Shown here piece after piece: positions 38,658-48,248 of a stretch of 64,000 nucleotides of DNA (positions are counted from its first letter, which is position 1; every line of letters begins with the position of its first letter). Under the pieces are notes generated by a model. It was not told where the DNA came from and ran no database searches. It saw only the letters and a list, made by a program, of their open reading frames with translations. The translations under genes and the position numbers were made by a program. Source of the stretch: Armatimonadota bacterium. GTDB taxonomy: Bacteria > Armatimonadota > SYMT01. Location of the stretch: positions 64,001-128,000 of the forward strand of contig JAWLHY010000008.1 in the NCBI GenBank assembly GCA_041690135.1. The letters run 5' to 3'.

Positions 38658-39950
38658 ATGGCGACGGACCGACGGCGGGTCGTAGTAACGGGCATGTCAA
38701 TCAACACCCCGCTTGGCGACGACCTGGACACCTTCTACGCGGCACTCCTCGCGGGCCGTTCGGCCATCACCCGGTGGAAGTTCTTCGAGCACGAGGGCGT
38801 CTACTCCAAGGTCGGCGGTGACCTCTCCGATTATGATTTCGGCGCGAAGCTCTCCGCACTGCGGGCGCGGCTTCCGGAAAGCCTGGGACTCCGGCTGCGG
38901 CAACTGTGCCGGAAAGCTCCGTTCTCCACGCGCCTTTCGATGCTGGCCGCGGCGGATGCCTGGCTGGATGCCGGGCTGGATGCGGGTATCGATCCGGCCC
39001 GCGGCGCGGTCCTGATTGGCGGGCACAACCTCAATACCCGGTACCTGATCGAGAACTACAACGTTTTTCGGGATGAGCCGGATTACATCGACTCGCAGGG
39101 AGCGTTGCTGACGCTGGATACGGACCATGCCGGCTCGGTGAGCGAGGTCCTGGGTTGGCACGGGGCGGCTTACACGATGGGTGGCGCATGCGCGAGCGCC
39201 AACCTCGCACTGCGGAGCGCCCTGGATGAGATCCGCTACCACGATCACGACATGGCGATGCTGGTCGGCGGCGTGCTCGATTTTACCGATATGGACCTTC
39301 ACGCGATGGCGCTCATCGGCGCCATCACCGTCCAGAGCTTCAATGACGATCCGGAGCGGGCCAGCCGTCCTTACGATGTGCGGCGGGAGGGGTTCGTCCC
39401 CTCTCACGGCACCGCCGGGCTGGTGCTGGAAGAATTGGAGCACGCGCGGGCCCGTGGCGCCCGGATCTACGCGGAAGTGCTGGGTTGCACCGCCACGGCC
39501 GACGGGTGTCACCTGCCTTCTCCTTCGACGGCGGGCCAGGCGCGGACGATCTCTCGCCTGTTGGATGAGACCAGGGTCGCGCCGGAAGAGGTCGACTTCG
39601 TCTCCGCGCACGCCACGTCCACGCCACTCGGGGATCTTTCCGAACTCCAGGCGATCAAACAGGTCTTCCAGGAGCACGCTTACCACCTCCGGATCAACGC
39701 GCCGAAGTCGATGCTGGGGCATACTTGCTGGTCGGCACCGGTGGTGGAAACGGTGGCGGCGCTCCTGCAACTGCGGGGCGGTCGGCTCCACCCCTCGATC
39801 AACATCGAGGAACTGGACCCGCAGGTCGATCTGGACATCTGCGCAGACGGACCCGTGGACCACGCGGCAAACGTAATCCTGAAGAACTCATTCGGCTTCG
39901 GCGGGCTGAACTGTTGTGCACTTTTCCGGCGGCTCGAGATGGCCGGTTAG
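38658..39950 (+). CDS. Stand-alone ketosynthase (FabF/PksF-like) with an intact Cys-His-His triad
   Basis: RRVVVTG, MGGACASAN, SRPYD.RREGFVP, AHATST, KSMLGH, NSFGFGGLN. Confidence 0.9.
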   Translation: MATDRRRVVVTGMSINTPLGDDLDTFYAALLAGRSAITRWKFFEHEGVYSKVGGDLSDYDFGAKLSALRARLPESLGLRLRQLCRKAPFSTRLSMLAAADAWLDAGLDAGIDPARGAVLIGGHNLNTRYLIENYNVFRDEPDYIDSQGALLTLDTDHAGSVSEVLGWHGAAYTMGGACASANLALRSALDEIRYHDHDMAMLVGGVLDFTDMDLHAMALIGAITVQSFNDDPERASRPYDVRREGFVPSHGTAGLVLEELEHARARGARIYAEVLGCTATADGCHLPSPSTAGQARTISRLLDETRVAPEEVDFVSAHATSTPLGDLSELQAIKQVFQEHAYHLRINAPKSMLGHTCWSAPVVETVAALLQLRGGRLHPSINIEELDPQVDLDICADGPVDHAANVILKNSFGFGGLNCCALFRRLEMAG

Positions 39951-39966
39951 CGATTTCGGGGGCTCG

Positions 39967-40713
39967 ATGGTTTTCTTTGTCACGGGGGGATCGCGCGGGA
40001 TCGGATCCGAGATCGTCCTGCAGGCAGTGGCCGCCGGTCACGACGTGGCTTTTACCTACGTCCGGGACCAGGCAGCGGCGGAAGATGTGCTCCGGCGGGC
40101 GCGCGAGGTGCGCCCGGCCGGCCGGTGTGCCGCCTATCAACTGGACGTGGCCGATGCGGCCCAGGTGGAGCGGGTGGGCGACCGCGTGCTGGAAGACTTC
40201 GACACCGTGGACGCGGTGGTGAACTGCGCGGGGATCCGGCGCGATAACCTGGCGGTGTCGATGGCGGACGAGGAATGGGCGGAAGTCCTGGCGGCCAACC
40301 TTACGGGGCCGTTCTACGTCTGTCGCCAGTTCCTGCCGACGATGCTGGCGAACCGTTTCGGGCGGATCGTGAACATCTCCTCGGTCCAGTACAACGGGGG
40401 CACGGGGCAGGCCAACTACGCCGCGAGCAAGGCAGGTCTCCACGGCCTCACCCTGACACTGGCGAAGGAATACGGCCGGAAAGGGATCACGGCGAACGTC
40501 ATAGTGCCGGGGTTCTTCGAGACGGATATGACCCGGGATACGCTGCCCGACGCTCTCCCGGAACACTGGCGGAAGCACTGCCCGATGCCGGGAGGGCGGT
40601 TCGGGCGCCTCTCGGAGCTGGCGGGGACCGTGCTCTTCCTCACCTCGGAAGCCGGCGGCTTCATCAATGGCGAGATCCTGCACGTCACCGGCGGCCTCAA
40701 CCACACCCTCTGA
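39967..40713 (+). CDS. FabG-like 3-oxoacyl-ACP reductase
   Basis: TGGSRGIG, NCAGI.RD, GQANYAASKAG, PGFFETDMT. Confidence 0.9.
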   Translation: MVFFVTGGSRGIGSEIVLQAVAAGHDVAFTYVRDQAAAEDVLRRAREVRPAGRCAAYQLDVADAAQVERVGDRVLEDFDTVDAVVNCAGIRRDNLAVSMADEEWAEVLAANLTGPFYVCRQFLPTMLANRFGRIVNISSVQYNGGTGQANYAASKAGLHGLTLTLAKEYGRKGITANVIVPGFFETDMTRDTLPDALPEHWRKHCPMPGGRFGRLSELAGTVLFLTSEAGGFINGEILHVTGGLNHTL

Positions 40714-40726
40714 CCGGGAACCACTG

Positions 40727-41971
40727 ATGAGTTATCCTCCGCGCCCGGATCGCGTCGGTATCGAGAAGATCGCGGCCTACCCGTGCACGCTATCGCTGGA
40801 TCTCCGGCTCCTGGCGGAGAAGCGTGGGGACCCGCCGGACTATCCTCGGAACGAGCTGAACGTGGAGACACGCTCGGTAAACCCGCCCTGGGAAGACCCG
40901 GTCACCATGGCCGTGAATGCCGCACAGACACTGCTCGGCGCGGGGAATCCGGAAGAAATCGGTCTGGTGCTCGTCGGGACGGAGTCGTCCCCGGATTTCG
41001 GCAAACCGATCTCCTCCTACGTCCAGCGGTTCTGCGAGATCCCCGCGAATTGCCGGAACCTGGAGACCAAGCACGCGTGCTACAGCGGCACCGGAGCCTT
41101 GATGCTGGCCGCGCACTGGATAGCGTCCGGCCTGCACCGGGGGAAGAAGGCGCTGGTCATCACCACCGATCAGAGCCGGGTGCACCTGGAGAAGCGATGG
41201 GAGTACGTGCTCGGCGCCGGAGCGGTGGCGATGCTCGTGAGCGACCAGCCGGACGTGCTGGAACTGGAACTGGAGCACAACGGTTATTGGAGCGCCGAGC
41301 TGGCCGACACCTACCGTCCCACGTCCACCGCGGAGGTGGGGCACGCCGAAACCAGCCTCTTCGGATACCTCGAAGCGCTGGAGAACACGTATGAGGCCTA
41401 CCTCGCTCAAGCGGGACCGGTGGAGTACACCTCCCATTTCAAGAGACACATCTATCACGTCCCCTTTGGTGGGATGACCCTTCGCGCCCACCGGGCTCTC
41501 CTCCGGCGCGAGGGCATCACCCGGGCTTCCGAAGTGCGGGCCAGCTTCGAGGAGCGGGTGCGGCCGTCGCTGCATTACACCGCGCGGATGGGCGGCACGT
41601 ACGGCTCGGCCACTTTCCTCGCGTTGATGAGCCTGATCGACTCCAGCGACGATCTGGGGCCCGGCGATCGCATCAGTCTCTTCTCCTACGGGTCCGGCTC
41701 CTGCGCGGAGTTCTACAGCGCGCGCATCGGACCACGCGCGCGGGCGGTGGTGGGTGCGGCGGGGCTCGCGCGGGCGCTGGAGGAGCGGGAAACCCTCACC
41801 GTGGAGGCCTACGAGCAGATCGAGCGTGAACGCTTCGCGGCGATCGATCGGTGCGACTACACGCCGGACCTGGGCCTGCCCGGAGGACTCTATGCACGGA
41901 AGTATGCCGGATGCCGGCGGCTGGTGCTGGAAAGTGTCACCGGGTATCAGCGCAACTACGGGTGGAGCTGA
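40727..41971 (+). CDS. HMG-ACP synthase (PksG-like beta-branching enzyme)
   Basis: EDPVTMAVNAA, GTESSPDFGK, ETKHACYSGT, YHVPFGGM, FSYGSGSCAEFYS. Confidence 0.92.
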   Translation: MSYPPRPDRVGIEKIAAYPCTLSLDLRLLAEKRGDPPDYPRNELNVETRSVNPPWEDPVTMAVNAAQTLLGAGNPEEIGLVLVGTESSPDFGKPISSYVQRFCEIPANCRNLETKHACYSGTGALMLAAHWIASGLHRGKKALVITTDQSRVHLEKRWEYVLGAGAVAMLVSDQPDVLELELEHNGYWSAELADTYRPTSTAEVGHAETSLFGYLEALENTYEAYLAQAGPVEYTSHFKRHIYHVPFGGMTLRAHRALLRREGITRASEVRASFEERVRPSLHYTARMGGTYGSATFLALMSLIDSSDDLGPGDRISLFSYGSGSCAEFYSARIGPRARAVVGAAGLARALEERETLTVEAYEQIERERFAAIDRCDYTPDLGLPGGLYARKYAGCRRLVLESVTGYQRNYGWS

Positions 41972-41975
41972 ACGG

Positions 41976-42752
41976 ATGCGGCTCCACTGCGAAACCCGTG
42001 AGACATCTGTATGGCGTGTGCAGCTTGAGCCAAACGCCGAGGGACGCACGCTCCTGAACCCGGCCGGGCTGCGAGACCTCGAAGCCGTGCTGACGCGCCT
42101 GGAGGCGGCTGAGCACTGCCGCGTGCTGCTGCTGGAGGGCGTGCCGGGTGAGTTCTGCTCCGGGATGGACCTGCAAGCGGCCCTGGAGCGCCGGGAAGAG
42201 GTTGCCGATGATCTCCGGCGGTATGCGGGGTGCCTGCGGAGGCTGCGGGAGCTTGCCTGCGTAGTGGTAGCGGTGGCGGATGGTCGCGTGATGGGGGGCG
42301 GGGTCGGTCTCGCCGCCGTCGCCGACCTAGTGTTGGCAACGCCCCGGGCCTCGTTCGCCCTGCCGGAGCTGGCGCTGGGGCTGATTCCCTCCCTTGTGCT
42401 GGCGGTGCTCTCCGAGCGGATGCCGCCGCAAAAGGCGCGCCGCCTGGTGTTGACCGGACAGCCGATCTCAGCGGAAAAGGCCGAAGCATTTGGTTTGGTG
42501 GACCAGTTGGTGGAAATCGAGGCGCTGCCGCAAACCGTTTCGGGCCTGCTGCGCCAGCTCCTGCGAGAGGATCCGCGATCGGTCGCACGGCTGAAGCGAT
42601 TTTCCCGGGGATTGGAAGGTCGGCCACTGTCCGCGGCGCTCGAGGCCGGTTGGCGGCAAACGGCCGGCGACCTGGCGGACCCGGCCATCCGCGCCGGCCT
42701 CCAGGGGTATCTGGAGGGGGAGCTGCCCCCCTGGTTTGAGCGGCGCGCATGA
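41976..42752 (+). CDS. Crotonase ECH1 (PksH-like HMG-ACP dehydratase)
   Basis: LEG.PGEFCSGMDL, GGGVGL, FALPELALGLIP; follows the HMG synthase. Confidence 0.85.
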   Translation: MRLHCETRETSVWRVQLEPNAEGRTLLNPAGLRDLEAVLTRLEAAEHCRVLLLEGVPGEFCSGMDLQAALERREEVADDLRRYAGCLRRLRELACVVVAVADGRVMGGGVGLAAVADLVLATPRASFALPELALGLIPSLVLAVLSERMPPQKARRLVLTGQPISAEKAEAFGLVDQLVEIEALPQTVSGLLRQLLREDPRSVARLKRFSRGLEGRPLSAALEAGWRQTAGDLADPAIRAGLQGYLEGELPPWFERRA

Positions 42753-43501
42753 ATCCGATTCTCCTCGAAATAGACGCCGATGGGGTGGCGGTGCTCCACA
42801 TGCGCGACGTGGCGGGGCGAAACGCGTTCAGCCGGCCCTTCGTCGAGGCGCTGGTCGAAGGTTTGGGCGGACTCGCGGACGAGCGCGTCAAAGTCGCCGT
42901 GCTCCGGGGGCTGGACGACGTCTTCTGCGCTGGCGCAGACCGCGAATTGCTGCTCGAGCTGGCGGAGGGCCGCCTTAGCCCTTACGACCTGCTGCTCACG
43001 CGCACGCTGCTAGAGGTGCCGGTTCCGACGATCGCCGCCATGGCGGGCCACGCGGTGGGCGGCGGACTGGTCCTCGGGCTTGCCTGCGATATGGTGGTCC
43101 TGGCGCGCGAGAGCCGCTACGGCTGCAACTTCATGGATCTCGGCTTCACGCCGGGGATGGGCGCTACGGGCCTGCTCCAGGCCGCGGTCGGGGAATACCT
43201 GGCGGCGGAGATGCTTTACAGTGCCCGATATGTGCGGGGCTCGGAGTTGGAAGGGCGGTCCGGAGTCAACGCCGTGCTCCCCAAGGCGCAGGTGTTGGAA
43301 CGCGCGCTGTCCCTGGCCGCGCGGATCGCCGGGATGGAGCGATATGCCCTCCGTATGCTCAAAGAAGCCCTCGTCACTCCCCGTCGTCGCGCGTTCGAGG
43401 AAGCGCGCGCGGTGGAGACGCGGATGCATGAAACCTGTTTCGCCCGTCCCGAGGTCCGGCAGCGGATCCGGGAGAATTATCCGGACCTGGAACGAAACTG
43501 A
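42749..43501 (+). CDS. Crotonase ECH2 (PksI-like methylglutaconyl-ACP decarboxylase)
   Basis: NAFS, AMAGHAVGGG, NFMDLGFTPGMGAT, MHETCF (conserved His). Confidence 0.88.
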   Translation: MNPILLEIDADGVAVLHMRDVAGRNAFSRPFVEALVEGLGGLADERVKVAVLRGLDDVFCAGADRELLLELAEGRLSPYDLLLTRTLLEVPVPTIAAMAGHAVGGGLVLGLACDMVVLARESRYGCNFMDLGFTPGMGATGLLQAAVGEYLAAEMLYSARYVRGSELEGRSGVNAVLPKAQVLERALSLAARIAGMERYALRMLKEALVTPRRRAFEEARAVETRMHETCFARPEVRQRIRENYPDLERN

Positions 43502-44238
43502 TGGTGCGCGACTTCCAAGAACGAGCGGTGTACGTGGCCGGGTGCGGGTGCGGGCCCGGCCCGGCGGTGGCGCTAGCTTTTTCCCGCGCGGGAGCGCGAG
43601 TCTACTTCGCGCCCGGCTGCAGGGCGGTTTCCGAGAGGGCACAACGGGACAACCTTGCCATAACAGTCGGCCGGTATGTGGTCGTATTCGAATCCGGTAA
43701 CCCGGAGGCGGAAGTGGCGGAGTTTGCTGCTTCCGCAAGATCCGCAGGGTCGCCGGATGATGCCGCACAGATCGACATCTTTGTCTGGTGTGCATGCTCC
43801 ACGCCGCCCAGTGATATGCAGCCAGGCGGTTTCGAACGGCTGCAAGAAGCGGTGGGAGAAGACAGTTGGCCGTTCGTCGCGCGGCTCCACGCTCTTCGGA
43901 AGGCAAATGGCCGTTACCCCCGCTATGCGGTTGCGCTGGCCGCACCGCTTGAAGGTAATCCTGACGGCGCCGCGACACTGGCGACGGAGGTGTTGGAAAC
44001 GCTCGTCCGGTATCACGCCACACACCTCCGCCCGGAGGGCGTGCGGGTCAACGCCGTGCGCGCGGCCGGTGGAGAGACCTCCGTCTCCCCACGTGAAGTT
44101 GCCGGTACGGTCCTCGCCCTCTGCAGCGGCCTCCTGGATGCAATGTCCGGCCAGGTCCTCCGGGTGGGGTCGGCATCACCTGCCGGGATGAGTAGCTGGC
44201 TGGCTGACCCGTCATCCGAGAAAGGAGCTTCCGGATGA
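43501..44238 (+). CDS. Degenerate SDR, paralog of the neighbouring enoyl reductases (probable pseudo-enzyme)
   Basis: Shares SWPFV, GRYPRYAVAL, LETLVRY, EGVRVNAVRA and LCSG.LD...GQVL.V, but has an altered Gly loop and lacks catalytic Tyr/Lys. Confidence 0.7.
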   Translation: MVRDFQERAVYVAGCGCGPGPAVALAFSRAGARVYFAPGCRAVSERAQRDNLAITVGRYVVVFESGNPEAEVAEFAASARSAGSPDDAAQIDIFVWCACSTPPSDMQPGGFERLQEAVGEDSWPFVARLHALRKANGRYPRYAVALAAPLEGNPDGAATLATEVLETLVRYHATHLRPEGVRVNAVRAAGGETSVSPREVAGTVLALCSGLLDAMSGQVLRVGSASPAGMSSWLADPSSEKGASG

Positions 44239-45083
44239 ACCCGAACGATTTCCGGGGCCGGGGAGTACTGGTTACGGGGGGAACCCAGGGGATCGGCCTG
44301 GCGGTGGGCCTCGCTTTCGGGCGGCTCGGCGCCGACGTCTTCCTGACCCATCGCTGGGGCTCCGCGGACGAAGCGGAACTCCGGGAGCGGTTCCGCGAGG
44401 TAGGCGCGGCGCCTCCGTCCATCCTGGAGGCGGACGTTTCCCAGGAAGAGGATACCTGCGCCGTGATGGAGCAGATCCGCGAGCACTGCGGCCGTCTCGA
44501 CGTGCTGGTGAGCAACGTCTCCTTCGCCCGGATTGCCGCCGAGCCGGCCAGCCTGCGCTGGCGGGACCTGACCCGCGGCTTACGGTATAGCGCCTGGCCG
44601 TTGGTGGAGTACCTGCAGGCGTGTCGCCGTGAGTTGGGATGCTACCCTCGCTACGCCGTGGCTCTCTCGTCCCGCGGGCCGGACATGTTCCTTCCCGGCT
44701 ACGACCTGGTAGCGGCCAGTAAGACGGTGCTGGAGATGCTCTGCCGGCAGCTGGCGACGGAGTTGCGAGAAGAGGGAGTCCGGGTGAATGCCCTCCGCGC
44801 TAACCCGGTCGATACGCGCTCCCTGGCTGCGACGTTCGGTCCCGAGTTTGCGGCGTTCTGCCGAAAGTATTACGGCGACGACTACCTGGTCCTGCCGGAA
44901 GAAGTTGCCGACGCGGTGGTGGCGCTCTGCAGTGGCTGGATGGACGGGGTCTCCGGCGAGGTGCTGTTCGTCGATCGCGGCTGTAGCTTTTCAGACAACG
45001 TGGCCCGGCTTTACACGGAGCGAGCCCAATTGGGCCTGGAGGTGGAAGCCGATTTCTCGGAACCTATCGATACGAAAGGATGA
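44235..45083 (+). CDS. FabL/FabI-like enoyl-ACP reductase (SDR)
   Basis: TGGTQGIG; Y-X6-K motif YDLVAASK; VDRG. Confidence 0.78.
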   Translation: MNPNDFRGRGVLVTGGTQGIGLAVGLAFGRLGADVFLTHRWGSADEAELRERFREVGAAPPSILEADVSQEEDTCAVMEQIREHCGRLDVLVSNVSFARIAAEPASLRWRDLTRGLRYSAWPLVEYLQACRRELGCYPRYAVALSSRGPDMFLPGYDLVAASKTVLEMLCRQLATELREEGVRVNALRANPVDTRSLAATFGPEFAAFCRKYYGDDYLVLPEEVADAVVALCSGWMDGVSGEVLFVDRGCSFSDNVARLYTERAQLGLEVEADFSEPIDTKG

Positions 45084-45355
45084 AGATGATCACACGGGAA
45101 GCGGTCTTTGAAGTCGTAAAGCGGAACCTGGGGGAAGTGGTGGAGGACCTGGAAGGGGTGGAGATCGATCCCAACCAGAGCATGGTCGAACTGGGCGCCA
45201 ACAGCCTCGACATCGTCGAGGTTGTCTCCTGCAGCATGCGCGAGTTGAAGATCAAAGTGCCCCGCGCGGAACTGTCGAAGCTCAAGAACATCGGGGAACT
45301 GGTGGATCTCCTCTACCGAGTAGCCCGCGAAAAGGAAGATCAGGGCGCCGCCTGA
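45080..45355 (+). CDS. Acyl carrier protein, AcpK-like
   Basis: LGANSLD phosphopantetheine site; KVPRAELSKLKNIGELVDLLY. Confidence 0.92.
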   Translation: MKMITREAVFEVVKRNLGEVVEDLEGVEIDPNQSMVELGANSLDIVEVVSCSMRELKIKVPRAELSKLKNIGELVDLLYRVAREKEDQGAA

Positions 45356-45374
45356 CCGGGCGGATACCGGCACC

Positions 45375-46898
45375 ATGCGCATTGCAGTGATCGGGGGAGG
45401 GGCGGCCGGGCTCACGGCAGCCTGGCGCCTGTCCCGGAAACACGAGGTGTCGCTTTACGAAGCGAACTCCTGGCTGGGCGGGCACGCGCGAACCGTGGAG
45501 GTTCCGGGACCGGGCAGGACTGTCCCTGTGGATATGGGGTTCCTCGTATTCCACGAGTGGATCTACACGAACTTTTCCGCGCTGCTCGCACATCTCGGCG
45601 TGGCTGCGGTGCCGACCCCGCCTCAGACCACTGCCGTGTCGTTCCCGGGTGGCGCGTGGAAAACGGGACTCGCGACGCCGTTCTGGAGCACCGTAAGCGA
45701 GGAAGCGGATCGTTTCCACCGGATGCTGCCCTCAGTTGTGGCCGATCCGGTCCGGTATGCCGGGTTGAAACTGGGCGACTTCCTGGACGGGAACGGGTTC
45801 TCGGAAGATTTCAAGTACAAGTGCGTGTGTCCGGTCGGCGGCTCTCGCTTCGTGACCCGGCGGGGCGTGCTGGAACTGTCGGTGCTGGAGTTTGCGGCCG
45901 GCTTTGGTCCGGTGGCGCTCTACTCCATCATCCAACCGACCTTCTGGCGGACCGTCGGGGGCGGGATGCGGGAATACATCGACCGCCTGGCAGGGGAGAT
46001 CACCGGGGAAGTTCACCCTTCCACACCCGTCCGGTCCGTCCAGCGGTCCCGCGGCGGCATCACCGTGACCCTGGCCGGTGGCCAGGTGGAGACGTTCGAT
46101 CAGGTGGTGGTGGCGACCGGCGCGGATGTGGCCCTCCGGTTGCTGGCCGATCCCAGCCCCGAGGAAAAGCTCCTGTTGGGTTCTTCCTACCAGGAGACGC
46201 GGGTGGTGCTCCATACGGACCCTTCCGTGATGCCGGACGACCGGAGCCTCTGGGCGGCAGACACCTACGTCACGCACGAGACCGCGCCCCCCTACCAGCG
46301 GGGCTGGGTGAGTTACTATCTGCCGGACACACAGCCCTGGGTGGATTTCGACATCTTCGTGACCGTGGGTGCTCCGGAAGGGCTGATCGCCCCCGACCGG
46401 ATCCTGGAGGAGCACCGGTGGCGCCACCTGGAGGCGGACAGTGTGCAGTTGCTGCGCTCCATGGAATTGCACCGGATCCAGGGGAAGCAGCGGACCTGGT
46501 TCTGCGGAGAGTACGCGGGAATGTACGGCGGTCACGAGTCCAGCGTGGTGACCGGCCTCGCCGTGGCCGCCGCGTTGGGCGCCGACTACCCCTTCACGGA
46601 AAATGCCGCGGCCTACCGGGTGTTCCTGGACACGGCCGTCAACCATATGCGCGTGCTGGACGGTCCGCGTCCGGCGGCCGATGCCACCTGGTGGCCGCCG
46701 GTGCTGGGTGAGGTGAACGCCCGGATGATCCGGGAAATCGCACGGGAAGAAGTGCGCGGGGTACTCCGGCAAAAGCTGCCCAGTCCCCTGGCGGCCCTAC
46801 TGGACCGGCTGCCCTGGATCGAGGATACCCTGGTCCGGCAGATCGCAGGGCGGATCTCGCTGCTGGAAGAGGCGGTCCGGCGCCAGCCGGAGGCCTGA
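45375..46898 (+). CDS. FAD-dependent oxidoreductase (COG2907 / UfaD-like acyl-chain desaturase or isomerase)
   Basis: IAVIGGGAAG, LGGHARTV, VPVDMGFLVF...Y.NF, VVLHTD.SVMP, IQG...TWFCG, GGHES. Confidence 0.75.
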   Translation: MRIAVIGGGAAGLTAAWRLSRKHEVSLYEANSWLGGHARTVEVPGPGRTVPVDMGFLVFHEWIYTNFSALLAHLGVAAVPTPPQTTAVSFPGGAWKTGLATPFWSTVSEEADRFHRMLPSVVADPVRYAGLKLGDFLDGNGFSEDFKYKCVCPVGGSRFVTRRGVLELSVLEFAAGFGPVALYSIIQPTFWRTVGGGMREYIDRLAGEITGEVHPSTPVRSVQRSRGGITVTLAGGQVETFDQVVVATGADVALRLLADPSPEEKLLLGSSYQETRVVLHTDPSVMPDDRSLWAADTYVTHETAPPYQRGWVSYYLPDTQPWVDFDIFVTVGAPEGLIAPDRILEEHRWRHLEADSVQLLRSMELHRIQGKQRTWFCGEYAGMYGGHESSVVTGLAVAAALGADYPFTENAAAYRVFLDTAVNHMRVLDGPRPAADATWWPPVLGEVNARMIREIAREEVRGVLRQKLPSPLAALLDRLPWIEDTLVRQIAGRISLLEEAVRRQPEA

Positions 46899-46964
46899 CG
46901 CGAGGGGCCGGGACGGGTCCGGAGCGTGCCGTTTGAGCTGGGTATGAGAGGAGCATGCGAGAGT

Positions 46965-48224
46965 ATGAGCGGGGCGATGGAAGAACAGCTTTCGGTAACC
47001 GATTTCTACCTGGGCTCCGAGACGGATCCCCTTGCTCCACCGCCGGAGTTCGCGGAGTGGCTGCGAGCAACGGAGCCAGCCTGGAGCCTCTATGAGCGAT
47101 CGTTGTGCGCGGCGCCTACCGCGCGGACGCTTCTGGAAGTGCGAGGGCAACCCCATCCGGTCATCAACCTGACCTCGTACAACTACCTGGGGCTTTCGTG
47201 CCATCCGGAGGTGATAGCCGCGGCCCGCGAGACACTGGAAAGCTGGGGCACCGGCGCTTGTGGCTCGGCGATCCTCTCCGGGATGACCGTGCTTCACCGG
47301 GAGTTGGAACGCCAGATCGCCGGCTTGCTGGGCCGGGAGACCACCCTTTTGTTCAGCAGCGGCTTCGGCGGGGCATTGGGGCTCACTTCCGGGTTCCTCC
47401 GCCGGGGGGACGTCGCGGTGGTGGATGAACGGGTGCATATTTCCTTGATGGATGGCGTCCGACTTTCCGGGGCGCAGACGGCGACGTTCACTCACAACGA
47501 CCCGGCCGCTCTCGACCAGGTGCTGGCACGTTACCCGAACCGGCGCCGGGTGGTAGTCGTGGAAGGTCTTTATTCGATGGATGGCGATCTTCCCGATCTG
47601 CCGGCTCTGTTGGAAGTAGCCGAGGCGCATGGAGTGGGGCTGGTGATTGATGAAGCCCATTCCTTCCTCGCGTTTGGCGAGACGGGAGGTGGCATCACCG
47701 AACAGGCCGGCGTGCAGGACCGGGTCCGGTTGTTCTACGGAACCTTCTCCAAGGCGCTCGGCGGGATTGGTGGCTTCGTATCCGGTCCGGCGGATGCCCT
47801 GGGCTACATGCGCCTCTTTTCGCACCCCTATGCCTTCTCATGCGCCCTTCCCCCCCTGACGGTAGCCGGCTTGCTGGCAGGGCTCCGGGTGGCCACGCGC
47901 GATCGGACCCTCCGGGCGCGGTTATTGGAGAACGGCGAGTATTTCCGGAGGGGTCTGCAATCGATCGGTATCGACACCGGTCTTTCCACCACCCACGTGG
48001 TGCCGATCGTCCTCGGGCGGCGCCGGGACCTGCTCTACACGGCGGGGCACCAACTGGTAGAGCGCGGGTTGTTCCTCGCGCCGGTGGACTATCCCGCGGT
48101 GCCGGAAGACCAGGTGCGGTTCCGCGCCTCCGTGACGGCGATGCATACCCGGGAGGACCTGGACGAAGCGCTGCAAATCATCGAGGACGTGATCGCCCGG
48201 CCGCTACGCCGGGGCGTGGGCTAA
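46965..48224 (+). CDS. PLP-dependent alpha-oxoamine synthase, serine-palmitoyltransferase-like
   Basis: NLTSYNYLGL, HISLMDG, EGLYSMDGD, DEAHS, GTFSKALG, YPAVP..RFR. Confidence 0.85.
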   Translation: MSGAMEEQLSVTDFYLGSETDPLAPPPEFAEWLRATEPAWSLYERSLCAAPTARTLLEVRGQPHPVINLTSYNYLGLSCHPEVIAAARETLESWGTGACGSAILSGMTVLHRELERQIAGLLGRETTLLFSSGFGGALGLTSGFLRRGDVAVVDERVHISLMDGVRLSGAQTATFTHNDPAALDQVLARYPNRRRVVVVEGLYSMDGDLPDLPALLEVAEAHGVGLVIDEAHSFLAFGETGGGITEQAGVQDRVRLFYGTFSKALGGIGGFVSGPADALGYMRLFSHPYAFSCALPPLTVAGLLAGLRVATRDRTLRARLLENGEYFRRGLQSIGIDTGLSTTHVVPIVLGRRRDLLYTAGHQLVERGLFLAPVDYPAVPEDQVRFRASVTAMHTREDLDEALQIIEDVIARPLRRGVG

Positions 48225-48248
48225 CCGAAGAGTTGTGAGAGGACGAAC

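Noticed and set aside
40727-41971. Mevalonate-pathway HMG-CoA synthase
   Set aside because: It has PksG-type motifs and is flanked by ECH1, ECH2 and ACP; no HMG-CoA reductase or mevalonate kinases are present.
40790-42799. 669-aa minus-strand ORF, and similar long overlaps such as 346-1572, 11708-13105, 14410-15633 and 38697-39863
   Set aside because: Antisense or alternate-frame shadows of well-supported genes; Arg/Pro/Ser-rich and expected at this GC content.
46965-48224. BioF (biotin synthesis) or prodigiosin-type pyrrole formation
   Set aside because: No bioA/B/D genes and no prolyl-carrier or pyrrole genes nearby; the KDSR-like neighbour favours a sphingoid product. Not excluded without phylogeny.
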